A DNA stretch of 64,000 bases, taken from assembly GCA_965207065.1 (NCBI GenBank), contig OZ242260.1:3168001-3232000 (forward strand), read 5' to 3'. The notes under the pieces were generated by a model. That model was not told the DNA's origin. It did no database searches and worked only from the letters and a program-made list of their open reading frames with translations. Origin of the DNA: a bacterium (GTDB lineage Bacteria; UBA8248). The position numbers and the translations under genes were made by a program. Shown here in pieces: positions 28,538 through 37,197 of this stretch (the first letter of the stretch is position 1; each line of letters opens with the position of its first letter).

Positions 28538-28752
28538 CGCGCGACCCTCCCTCCGTCGTCGGACGTCGATTTCCGCCGACGCGCCGAGGCCCACGCCTCG
28601 AGGTCTGCGAGCAGGTAGCGCACCCGGGCGCCGAAGCGGTGGAAGACCGGCCCGTCGCCGGTCACGCGGTAGCGGTCCAGCGTCCTCGGCGAAAGGCCGA
28701 GCCACTCCGCCGCCTGCCGCGTGCTCAGGTAGTTCCTGGCGTTCTCGTTCAT
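28534..28752 (-). CDS. HTH_17 (excisionase/AlpA-like) DNA-binding protein
   Basis: YLSTRQAAEWLGLSPRTLDRYRVTGDGPVF..GARVRY...DLEAW; AAAGGAG RBS; overlaps the traA start. Confidence 0.88.
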   Translation of the reverse strand: MNENARNYLSTRQAAEWLGLSPRTLDRYRVTGDGPVFHRFGARVRYLLADLEAWASARRRKSTSDDGGRVAR

Positions 28753-29179
28753 GCGAATCTCTCCTTTTTCGTGATCGGCCCCGCCGTCCGGGGCCCTTGT
28801 GTTGAATGCGCCGGGCGCCTCGTCCCGGCGAGTGGTTTCGGATCCGGGCGTCACAAGCCGCGAAAGAAGTCGACGCCGCATCCCGTTCGTCTTTCCAATG
28901 TCGTTTGTCCGGGTAAGTGAAATCTTCATGGCGAGCGAACATAAAGCAAAAACAACAGCGCTTCAATCATCAAGGTTTGTGCTCCAGTAACGTTCTCACC
29001 GGGTTCGCGCCCGCCTCCACGAAACGCTGCGCAGTGATGCGACAATAAAAAAATTCAGGTTTCCCCCGCGAAGGAGGGAAGGAATGGAGAGCGGTAGGAC
29101 TTGCTGCGGAAAGCGTTGGAAAATCGACCGGGAACGTGCGAACGGGCGCGTCCGTTCTGGACCAGGCTCAATAATCTCC

Positions 29180-29893
29180 CTACCGCCCCTTCTTCTTCCG
29201 GGCGGCTCTCTCCTCGGACAGGGAAGTCCACCTCCGGGCGGAGGCCCACGCTTCGAGGTCTTCGAGGAGGTAGCGCACCCGTGCGCCGACGCGGCGGAAC
29301 TCCGGCCCCTCGCCGCTCAGGCGGTAGCGAGCGATCGTCTTGGGCGAGAGTCCCAGCCAGGCGGCCGCCTCCCGCGTGTCGAGACCCCGCGCGGCGGGCG
29401 GTTCTTCCAAGGCTGCGGGCGGGTCTCCCCTGGCGTCCCACGTCCCGTCGAAGGGGTCGTCAAGGTCCGCGAGCCTCTCGCGAACCGCGGGGATCTCCCC
29501 TTCCATCGCGTTGGCCGCCATCCAGGCGCGCACCCGGTCGAAGCTCCGAAGGTAGGGCGAGACGCCCCGGCGCAGGTTCCCCACGAAGGCGGGGTTCCTC
29601 ACCGCCTCCTCGCCCAGTATCGTGACCTTCGTCCCGCTCACTTCGATGAACACCTCGATCTCGGCCCGGAGGAGCGGTCCCAGGGGCGGGTACCCCATGA
29701 ACGCGAGCACCCGGTCCGCCGTGTCGACGCGCAGGGGCCGCCCCCGCGCCTGCAGGCCCACGAAGCCGGGAATGCCCAGCGCGCCCACCCCGAAGCGCCT
29801 CGCGCTCATCCCGCGGCGCTCGCGCCAGAGCGCGATGCTCCGGCGCATCCGCTCGTCCAGGGGCAAGGCGGTATCGTCGCCGAACGCGGTCAC
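29180..29893 (-). CDS. Multi-domain DNA-binding protein: two Cro-like repeats plus C-terminal HTH_17
   Basis: Repeats GMSARRFGVGALGIPGFV..DRVLAFM and GTKVTILGEEAVRNPAFV..DRVRAWM; C-terminal domain 40/57 identical to the 28534-28752 product. Confidence 0.75.
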   Translation of the reverse strand: MTAFGDDTALPLDERMRRSIALWRERRGMSARRFGVGALGIPGFVGLQARGRPLRVDTADRVLAFMGYPPLGPLLRAEIEVFIEVSGTKVTILGEEAVRNPAFVGNLRRGVSPYLRSFDRVRAWMAANAMEGEIPAVRERLADLDDPFDGTWDARGDPPAALEEPPAARGLDTREAAAWLGLSPKTIARYRLSGEGPEFRRVGARVRYLLEDLEAWASARRWTSLSEERAARKKKGR

Positions 29894-29903
29894 GGCGCGC
29901 CCA

Positions 29904-31373
29904 TCAGAACAGCCGCCGCAACCCGACCCGGAACTGGAACAGATTCCGGTCGTAGAGCGGGATGGTCGAATCGGTCCGCGACCAGTCCAGCATCAGCACC
30001 GGCTGGTAGCCCTCCCAGGAGAGCTTGCGGTGGGAGAGCGTCAGGCCGGCGCTCAGCGTCTCGTCCTCGCGCCGGACGAGGAACGCCGCATCCTCCTCGT
30101 CGAACCGGAGGCCGCTCATCCCGAGCCGGACCGACCCGCTCCAGTCCTCCCCGATATCCGCCGCGTATTCGAGGTTTAGCCCACGCGAGCGCCAGCTCTG
30201 GCTGCGCAGGTCCGCGCTCGCGCGCGAGATCGTCCCGCGCGCCGTCAGCCGGCCGGGCCCGGCGCGGCGCGAGACGGAGAGCTCCAGGGACCGCCCGGCG
30301 GGGTCGGCCTCATCGGCCCGGTCGTCGTAGCGCGTGACCCAGAGGCGGGGCGAGACGCCCACGCGCCAGTCCGCGTCCAGCACCTGGTCCACCCGGACAC
30401 CGCCCCACCAGGTCGTCGACTCGCCGGATCCGCCCTGCATGCGCCGCTCCACCCCGACGTCCGCGCCGACCCGCCCGGGCCGGGGACGGCCGCCGAGCGG
30501 CGCCGCGTAGCCGACCCGCGGCCCGGCCGAGAGGCTGAGCCAGGTCCGGTCGTACTCGCTCGCGCCGATCGCCGTGTTGCGCGCCGCAGCCGCGCGCGCC
30601 TCGAACTGCACGCGCCCGTCCGCCGTCACCGTCTCCCGCCAGCCCACGCGCGCGCCCGTGCGCGCCACCCAGGCGGCGACCGGCCGCTCGTTCAGCCGGA
30701 ACTCCAGGTTGCCGAAGGCGGGTATCTGCACCGTATCGACCTCGGCGGCGTTGTTCACGTTGCCGTCGCGCCAGAATCCCAGATCGAGGTCGACCCGCAG
30801 GCGCTGGCGGGCGAGGATGCGGGAGAGGAACACTTCCACCTTGCGCCGCGCGTCGGCGGGGAGTTCCGGCGCGCGGCGCGCTTCGCGGAACAGCGCCCCC
30901 GCCTCGTCGTCCCGCCTCAGGGCGAACAGCGCCAGCGCGCGGTCGAGCCGGACCCGCAGGTTGTCCGGCCGCTCCTCGGCGAGCCGCGCCAGCACCCGCT
31001 CGGCCTGGGCGTGGCGCCCGCCCGCCAGCAAGGCCTGGGCGATCCCGAAGCGGAGATCCGCGTCGTCCGCGCCCTCGGGCAGCGCCTCCATGGCCCCCAT
31101 GAGCACCGCGAAGGCCGCGACGGGCTCTCCCGCCACTATCAGGCGCTCGGCCTGCGCCAGGGCCGCCTCGACGGGGTAGACTTGCGTTTCTTTCGGTGAT
31201 TTTTCCGGGGGAGACTCCGCCGCCTGCGCGCCGCTCCCCGGCCCGGCGCAGAAAAGCGCGACGGCGAGCGCCGCCGCGAACGCGGCGTACAACGCCTGGC
31301 GGCGCGGCAGGGCGGGGGCGCTTAAAAAGTCACCAGAGCACCGGAATGGGTTTCCCGACGTCATACGCGCCAT
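29904..31373 (-). CDS. Surface lipoprotein assembly modifier (Slam / T11SS, TPR + DUF560-like beta-barrel)
   Basis: Signal peptide; TPR helices (RPDNLRVRLDRALALF); DGNVNNA motif at the barrel start; amphipathic strands; RTDSTIPLYDRN; terminal RRLF. Start uncertain (31364/31373/31448). Confidence 0.82.
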   Translation of the reverse strand: MARMTSGNPFRCSGDFLSAPALPRRQALYAAFAAALAVALFCAGPGSGAQAAESPPEKSPKETQVYPVEAALAQAERLIVAGEPVAAFAVLMGAMEALPEGADDADLRFGIAQALLAGGRHAQAERVLARLAEERPDNLRVRLDRALALFALRRDDEAGALFREARRAPELPADARRKVEVFLSRILARQRLRVDLDLGFWRDGNVNNAAEVDTVQIPAFGNLEFRLNERPVAAWVARTGARVGWRETVTADGRVQFEARAAAARNTAIGASEYDRTWLSLSAGPRVGYAAPLGGRPRPGRVGADVGVERRMQGGSGESTTWWGGVRVDQVLDADWRVGVSPRLWVTRYDDRADEADPAGRSLELSVSRRAGPGRLTARGTISRASADLRSQSWRSRGLNLEYAADIGEDWSGSVRLGMSGLRFDEEDAAFLVRREDETLSAGLTLSHRKLSWEGYQPVLMLDWSRTDSTIPLYDRNLFQFRVGLRRLF

Positions 31374-31449
31374 CAGACCACTCCCTCCCCGAGGGGGTTG
31401 TTGAAAACCCTCAAGGGAGGAGGGTATTCCGATCATCGAATCGTTCACC

Positions 31450-31530
31450 GCAGCGGACAGGCCCCCGCGCCTGTCCGAGGCCGCGACCTGTCCCTACAAT
31501 TGGCGGGGCGGTTTTGTTCGCCTGTTCCGG
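31450..31530 (+). repeat. GTAG-type REP-like palindromic element (GGACAGG...CCTGTCC...CCCTAC)
   Basis: Close copy at 33981-34062; related units at 35393, 38581, 38806, 42413, 55776 and 63993. Confidence 0.7.
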
Positions 31531-31578
31531 CGGCGCAATCGCTCTCTCCGGTCGGGTTTGACAAGTGAAACGCTTCCC

Positions 31579-33300
31579 TTACTTGGTGGCGACGAAGCCG
31601 CCCGTAAATTTCGAGGCCCTGTCGCTCCCGTTGATCTCGAACACCGCGCCGACCGTGTCGACGATGTCCGTGTTGGCGTCGTTGTCGTTGTCCTGCTTGC
31701 GGAACTGTCCCTGGATCTTGCGCGTGGTGGTGGTTTCCGAAAAGCTGCCGCCCGAGACCGTCAGTCCGGTCCATGACTGGTTCGTGAAGGTGACCGGCCC
31801 GAAACCATCATCATTTGAGTGATCTGATCCTTGGGTAAGCGTCGTGGCTTTGAGGTTGGTGAGCGACACGGCCGCCGTTACCGCGCCCCCACTGAGCGTG
31901 GCGGTCACGCTCGCGTCGCCGCCGATCAACTCTCCCCGAACCGCGATGTCGTTCACGTCGTCCGCGGCCGCGATGACCTTGCCTGTGAACGTGGCCGTCA
32001 CGTCCGGCTGGGCCTGGGTTCCCTGGACTTGCAGGTATGCGTCGGCGCTGAAGAACTCGGTATAGGGCTGGCCATTCTCTACAGCAAATTCCCACAGGTC
32101 GAGTTTTCCTCCTTTGGCAGCGGTTCCGCCCACGTAATTGGAGGTGCCGGGACCCAGCTTGTCGATTATCAATATTACTCTTGTCTTGCTGCTGTCAGTC
32201 CCCGAAGGGTAGGCATAGCCGTACCTTTTGAAATACACGTTCTGGGTGTTAGCCCAAGCAAGCACGGCAATTCTGGCGACAACGACCTCTCGAACCTGGA
32301 AATTCGGCGCCGTGTTGGGAGTGTCGCCGAGTTGGCCCATATCGTTCGACCACAAGCCGAAGCCGTTCATGTTGACCACGCTGCCCCACGTGTATCCCCC
32401 AAAGCCTGGTGGTACGCTGATCGAAATCGACTTGGTGGATGGCAGAGGGGGCAAGTCGGGGTTCGCCCAGCCCCGCCGGCCCAGCCCCCAGCTCGTCGAG
32501 ATGATGTTCGCACTGGTGGAACCGGACAGCTTCCCGCCCGCCTTGGTGCAGATCGCGCCGGCCGCCGCGCAGTCCGCCGTCGCCGGCAGGCTTATCGCGA
32601 GGGGATTGAGCGAGGACGGGCGCACCCGCACCGTCACGCTGCCGTTCTCGCCCCGCACCGTGCGCTTCACGTCCACCACCCGGCCGCCCGTCACCTGGAG
32701 CGCCTGCTTGAGCGCCCCCAGCTTCAGGCCGTCGAAATCCTCGCTGAACCGTATCTCGAAGCTCAGCAGCGTGCCGTCGTGCTTGTCCGGCAACCCGTGG
32801 AACGATGCCGTCAGCGGCGTCGGCGCGGAAACCGGCTGCGGCTCCGGCGCCGATACCGGCTCCGGCTCCGGCTCGGGAACAGGCGGCGTGACGGGCTCCG
32901 GCAGGGAGGCCGTGGCAGGCCCCGCAACCGTCAGCGAGCCGCCCCCGGCGATGCCGTCGGCCAGCGTGATCGTCAGGTCCCCGGACGAGGAGGGCCGCAC
33001 CCTGACCGTCACGCCGCCGTTCTCGCCCCGCACCGTGCGCTTCACGTCCACCAACCGCCCGCCCGTCACCTGGAGCGCCCGCTTGAGCGCCCCCAGCCGC
33101 AGGCCGTCGAAGTCCTCGCTGAAGCGTATCTCGAAGACGAACAGCTTCTTGCCGTTATGCGCCTCCGGCGCCCCGTGGAACGACGCCGTCAGCGCGGCGG
33201 CCACCCCCGGCAGGGCCGCTACCGAGAGGGCGAGAACCAGAAATGCCGCCGCGCAGACGCCCGGCGGAGACAAAAAGGCATAGTTTTTTCTATTCTTCAT
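31579..33300 (-). CDS. Secreted protein with duplicated N-terminal domain, Pro/Glu linker and C-terminal TbpB-like barrel; probable Slam cargo
   Basis: Sec signal; two ~68-aa repeats (LTASFHG...FEIRFSEDFDGL...VTVRVRPSS); PEPEPEP linker; C-terminal TATFTGKVIA...IQGQF...VGAVF...GGFVATK; adjacent to the Slam gene; GGGAGG RBS before ATG 33300. Confidence 0.7.
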   Translation of the reverse strand: MKNRKNYAFLSPPGVCAAAFLVLALSVAALPGVAAALTASFHGAPEAHNGKKLFVFEIRFSEDFDGLRLGALKRALQVTGGRLVDVKRTVRGENGGVTVRVRPSSSGDLTITLADGIAGGGSLTVAGPATASLPEPVTPPVPEPEPEPVSAPEPQPVSAPTPLTASFHGLPDKHDGTLLSFEIRFSEDFDGLKLGALKQALQVTGGRVVDVKRTVRGENGSVTVRVRPSSLNPLAISLPATADCAAAGAICTKAGGKLSGSTSANIISTSWGLGRRGWANPDLPPLPSTKSISISVPPGFGGYTWGSVVNMNGFGLWSNDMGQLGDTPNTAPNFQVREVVVARIAVLAWANTQNVYFKRYGYAYPSGTDSSKTRVILIIDKLGPGTSNYVGGTAAKGGKLDLWEFAVENGQPYTEFFSADAYLQVQGTQAQPDVTATFTGKVIAAADDVNDIAVRGELIGGDASVTATLSGGAVTAAVSLTNLKATTLTQGSDHSNDDGFGPVTFTNQSWTGLTVSGGSFSETTTTRKIQGQFRKQDNDNDANTDIVDTVGAVFEINGSDRASKFTGGFVATK

Positions 33301-33546
33301 GTGCGCTTCCTCCCTTGCGCTTGCACGAGTTCCACGGCGGACTTCGCCGGCTTGCTGATATGCGTATGGACCCAGCATCGCCCCTCGGACGGGTGACGAT
33401 GGTGATCGATTCCGGGGGGGTATTCCCCCGTCAAGAACCGGCCCTTATTGGATTTATTTTCGGGTTTTTTTGGGTTTAGATGTGGTTCTGCGAGTCTGTC
33501 TTCTGGTTTTTGGGGGTCTAGACGCGGTTCAGAGAGACGGTTCCGC

Positions 33547-33674
33547 CTGTGGGTCTGTGGGTCTGTGGGTCTGTGGGTCTGTGGGTCTGTGGGTCTGTGG
33601 GTCTGTGGGTCTGTGGGTCTGTGGGTCTGTGGGTCTGTGGGTCTGTGGGTCTGTGGGTCTGTGGGTCTGTGGGT
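33547..33674 (+). repeat. Perfect tandem repeat (CTGTGGGT) x16
   Basis: 128 bp, 16 identical 8-bp units, intergenic. Confidence 0.97.
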
Positions 33675-33980
33675 GAGGCCTCAGTCTAGCAGGACGCGCT
33701 CGGCCCGCCAAAGTGGCGAAGGGACGCGCGGCGGCGATGCTCTCTGTCCGGCCTCCCCGGACTAGCGGGGCGCCGGTGGCTAGGGTTTCCAGGTTCGGTT
33801 TCAATTTCGCGTTCCGCTTTCCATGACTTCGAGTACGATAAACACAGGTATATGAAGCCGCATATACACAATATATTACCTATATATATTACATCAAACA
33901 AATAACGGAATTCAACCACGAAATGTGGCGGGTTTTCGGGGCGAGGGGGGAGGCGTCGCCTTTGCCCCCGGCGAGGGGGG

Positions 33981-34062
33981 TGTAGCGGACAGGCCTCTGC
34001 GCCTGCCCGAGGCCTCCGTGCCTGTCCCTACATGAGACGGTGCGGTTTTGTTCGTCATTCCG
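33981..34062 (+). repeat. GTAG-type REP-like element
   Basis: GTAGCGGACAGGCC...CCTGTCCCTACA...GCGGTTTTGTTCG, in the same orientation as 31450-31530. Confidence 0.7.
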
Positions 34063-34303
34063 GTGTCGGGAGCGCCCCTTCGGCAGGCTCAGGAATGCAG
34101 TTCCTCCTTTCTCAGTCGGAACTGACCCTCGATGCGCGGCTTCGCCGCCACCGGTTGCGACCGGCATCCGGCCGCGGCGGAACCTTTACGGAATCTTTAC
34201 CCCCCTCCGGCGCAATCGCTGGTAGCATCCCCGCACTGTCGAAATCTTCCACGGGGTGCGGACTTCACCGGGCGGGCGGCGGCGTTCCGTCGAGAGAGGG
34301 GTG

Positions 34304-34687
34304 ATGGAGCGATACTCGGATGAAAAGGTCCGCCGAGTGGTGGCCGGCATCATACCGACCCTGGATTCGAAACACACGACCGAAGCCTTCTTCCAGGCGG
34401 CGGCGATGATGGTGTTGAAACGGCTCGAGAAGAAGATCGGCATCGTCGTCCTGGACACGTCCACGCTTTCGATGACGCGGCAGTACGGCGCGCCGGACAT
34501 CATCCTCTGCCGGGCCGGGGGGGAGTATGTCGCCATCGACCTCAAGGCGGGGAAGAACGACCTTTCCACGCGTCAGCAGCGGTTCCGGGAGCGTGTGATC
34601 AGAGCCGGCGGCAAGTACTTCGTGTGCCGGACGCTCCGCAACGTGATTGACGCCGCGGTGAGCGGCGACCTGGACCCGGACGAGTAA
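34304..34687 (+). CDS. VRR-NUC / PD-(D/E)xK nuclease-domain protein
   Basis: GAPDII...YVAIDLKAGKNDLSTRQQRF...AGGKYFVCR pattern. Confidence 0.8.
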   Translation: MERYSDEKVRRVVAGIIPTLDSKHTTEAFFQAAAMMVLKRLEKKIGIVVLDTSTLSMTRQYGAPDIILCRAGGEYVAIDLKAGKNDLSTRQQRFRERVIRAGGKYFVCRTLRNVIDAAVSGDLDPDE

Positions 34688-35444
34688 TTCCCTTCTCGGG
34701 GGACGCCTCTTTCCCGGCGGAAACGATTGACGGTCGCGTTACACTTTCGTCCCGGCCGTGATGGCAGCACCCGAGCAGCGTTAGTTTGGTGTCTGTCCAA
34801 CCGTAACTGGTTTTTCCTGATGCTCTCTGCACCATCAATGTCGACACGATTTTCAGGCTCCTTCGGTGCGTGGACGGCATTCCGACATCGATTTTCATCA
34901 CGTAGAGGGCAACTACAATCCGGATCCGGTCGGCGCTATGACCTATTCCGTCACGGGATGAGCGAACGTGTACGACGATTGTAACAGTTCGGCGGAGGGG
35001 TGATAACTTAGTCGATGCCGGAGACATTCGTAGGAATTGCGCGGTGTAGCCAGCTTCAGCAGGTGCTTTCCTTTTCTTTATCACCCCACGACCGAACGAA
35101 TACACTTAACCCGACCGGAAACTGCCTGCATGCGCTGGAGTTGAAATGAATCCGCTTTCGGTATGATTACAGACTGCGAAAGACGGGTTTTCGGTGAGAT
35201 TGAAAAATTAAATATAATTATATATATCAATAAGATACGAGTATTTCATGATTATTGAGAATGCTCTGGCGTCTCTAAAAGGAGCGCTTGTATCGAAGGG
35301 CGCTCTCGATGTGCCCCGTTTGACCCACCCTCCTCGGTCGGGTCAAACCCTCGATACGGCCCTTTACGCCTGCCCGGGATGAGGGGGAGTCCGTAGGGAC
35401 AGGTCGCGACCTGTGCTCATCCTCTCATCGACCGGGAAAAACCA

Positions 35445-35586
35445 CCGTCATTCCGGCGCATGCCGGAATCCAGAGTGGATGTGTGCGAATATGCGCGGTG
35501 CTTCATGCCCTCTCATCGGCAGGAATACGGCAGAAAAGAAATACAATGGCAAAACCACTGGATTCCGGCATGCGCCGGAATGACGG
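35445..35586. repeat. Palindromic GTCATTCCGG-family intergenic element
   Basis: Perfect 29-bp arms CCGTCATTCCGGCGCATGCCGGAATCCAG / CTGGATTCCGGCATGCGCCGGAATGACGG; related copies at 37028-37055, 42251-42392 and 55935-56090. Confidence 0.85.
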
Positions 35587-35894
35587 GCGAAACACGCGCG
35601 CTGCAGGAACAACCCCTCCTCGGGGTAGTCCTGCCCCTCGTGGTTGTCCATTTTCAGTGTGGGCGCGGCCTGGGCAGGCAAAGGGGCCCGCCCCTGCGTC
35701 TTCATCCCGCTCATTGTTCCAGGCCCGGCCCTGAGCTAACCTGCCAGGGAACCATCCGCTTGAGGCCGGTCGAACCAAAGGCGGAATGCCGAAAGCATGT
35801 CAGAGTGCGCCCCGAAAGGAACGCATCTTAGGCTTGGCGCAATCTGCGTGCGGGGTAGCGGATCTCAAACCGAAAACAATCGGAGGAACGTACG

Positions 35895-36833
35895 ATGCTG
35901 AGCAGAAGGAACCGGTTTTCACTTCTTGCAGCAGTCGTGTCGTTCCTGATGATGTTGTCCGGTTGTGGAGGTGGCGGTCAGGGCGCCGGGTCCGTGATTC
36001 TGGAGACGAATGAAATTGAAGGCGTTTTGAGCGACTTGAGGAGCGATGCGAAATCTCCCGCGCTTGCTCGATTTGGTGCTGATCCTCCTCCTCCGGACGT
36101 CCCGACGTGTCAGGCGCTTCTATTGGGATGTGAAGGAGGCCTCGGGCCGGCTCACTACAGGGCGGTTGGCAAGTTTGACTTTTCCGGCTTTCGTTTCACG
36201 GAACGTCGCCGCGGCGTGTCTTTGGCGGAAAGGAGGCGAGTTTCAGGAGGAGGAGGCGATACGACCAGCTACCGTGCCTTGGCCGGCTGGATCGACCATA
36301 GTTTTTTCCTTGTCGAGACTCCCGGAATCGGGGTGTCTGAAGATAACCGGGTTTTCGCAAATTACTATGGCGCCTATTCGATAGGAAACGTAATAGATTC
36401 GAATCCGGATGTTTTGGCTGGCGCCGCCGCGACGTGGTCTGGGATTATGGTTGGTATCCGTATTGCCGAGCCGGACAGTTTCGTCAAAGGCGACGCCACA
36501 ATCACGGTTTCCAATCCGCGAAGAAATGCTGATCTGCTGGTCGATGTCGAGTTCAGCAATATGAAAGACGAACAAACGGGTGCGAATTTCGATGATGTTT
36601 CCTGGGAAGGTCTGGCGCTCAAAGACGGTTCGTTCGGAGTCGTTCCTGTCAGCGGCGACGAGGCGGATGCCAGCCGGCATCCTGCGAGGAGAGGGGTATC
36701 CGGCCGGTTCTATGGTCAAAACCATGAGGAAGTGGGCGGCTTGTTCGGTTTCACGACGGCTGTTGCTGAAAATGACGGGGGCATTGGAGATATTCATGAT
36801 GTTTCCGGCGCATTTGGAGCCAGGCGCGACTAG
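35895..36833 (+). CDS. Lipoprotein with C-terminal TbpB-like barrel; homologue of 1715-2518
   Basis: GGAGG RBS; lipobox LSG-C then GGGG; LAGWIDHSFF, ATWSGIMVG, GRFYGQNHEEVGGLF, GAFGARR. Confidence 0.78.
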   Translation: MLSRRNRFSLLAAVVSFLMMLSGCGGGGQGAGSVILETNEIEGVLSDLRSDAKSPALARFGADPPPPDVPTCQALLLGCEGGLGPAHYRAVGKFDFSGFRFTERRRGVSLAERRRVSGGGGDTTSYRALAGWIDHSFFLVETPGIGVSEDNRVFANYYGAYSIGNVIDSNPDVLAGAAATWSGIMVGIRIAEPDSFVKGDATITVSNPRRNADLLVDVEFSNMKDEQTGANFDDVSWEGLALKDGSFGVVPVSGDEADASRHPARRGVSGRFYGQNHEEVGGLFGFTTAVAENDGGIGDIHDVSGAFGARRD

Positions 36834-37125
36834 TCCGGCCGCTGCGTGAAGGTGAAGGTATCTTGTTTTCCATTGCCGGAAATCATTCGGATTCATGGCG
36901 GCGAAGCCGCGTTTGCCGTAGGGGCAACCCCTCCTCGGAGCTGCTCCACTATTCGCGAAAGTGGGCCGCCTGCGAGTGGTCCCCACCAGGATCGCCGTTC
37001 TCTTGTTCATCGAACGAGATAGACCACCGTCATTCCGGCGCATACCGGAATGACGAACAAAACAGGACTCCCTCGTAGTGGGCCGTTCTTGCTTGTGAGT
37101 GATCCTCATTCACGAACTCGCGGGC

Positions 37126-37153
37126 TTGACATCGGCATGATATTCCCTATATT
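37126..37153 (+). promoter_or_regulatory. Putative sigma70 promoter of the RES TA operon
   Basis: TTGACA-N16-TATATT in an AT-rich patch upstream of 37198. Confidence 0.5.
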
Positions 37154-37197
37154 TATTAATCTAATGGATATCACGCCTCGTCCTGGAGGATGTCCGC

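Noticed and set aside
6644-33396. Many long antisense or alternative-frame ORFs over the tra and cargo genes (e.g. 13040-14629, 15710-17128, 29084-30337, 31831-33396)
   Set aside because: Arg/Pro/Ala-rich shadow frames expected in high-GC DNA, with no recognisable motifs.
33547-33674. CRISPR array, or ORFs with VGLWVCGS / PQTHRPTD repeats
   Set aside because: The units are 8 bp with no spacers and there are no cas genes; the repetitive ORFs are translations of the tandem repeat.
35281-35400. tRNA or att site at the island boundary
   Set aside because: Hairpins are present, but I could not find a cloverleaf, a T-loop consensus or a matching direct repeat elsewhere in the window.
35833-35850. 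Sigma54 promoter upstream of the second lipoprotein
   Set aside because: The TGGCGC...TGC spacing does not fit the required GG-N10-GC.
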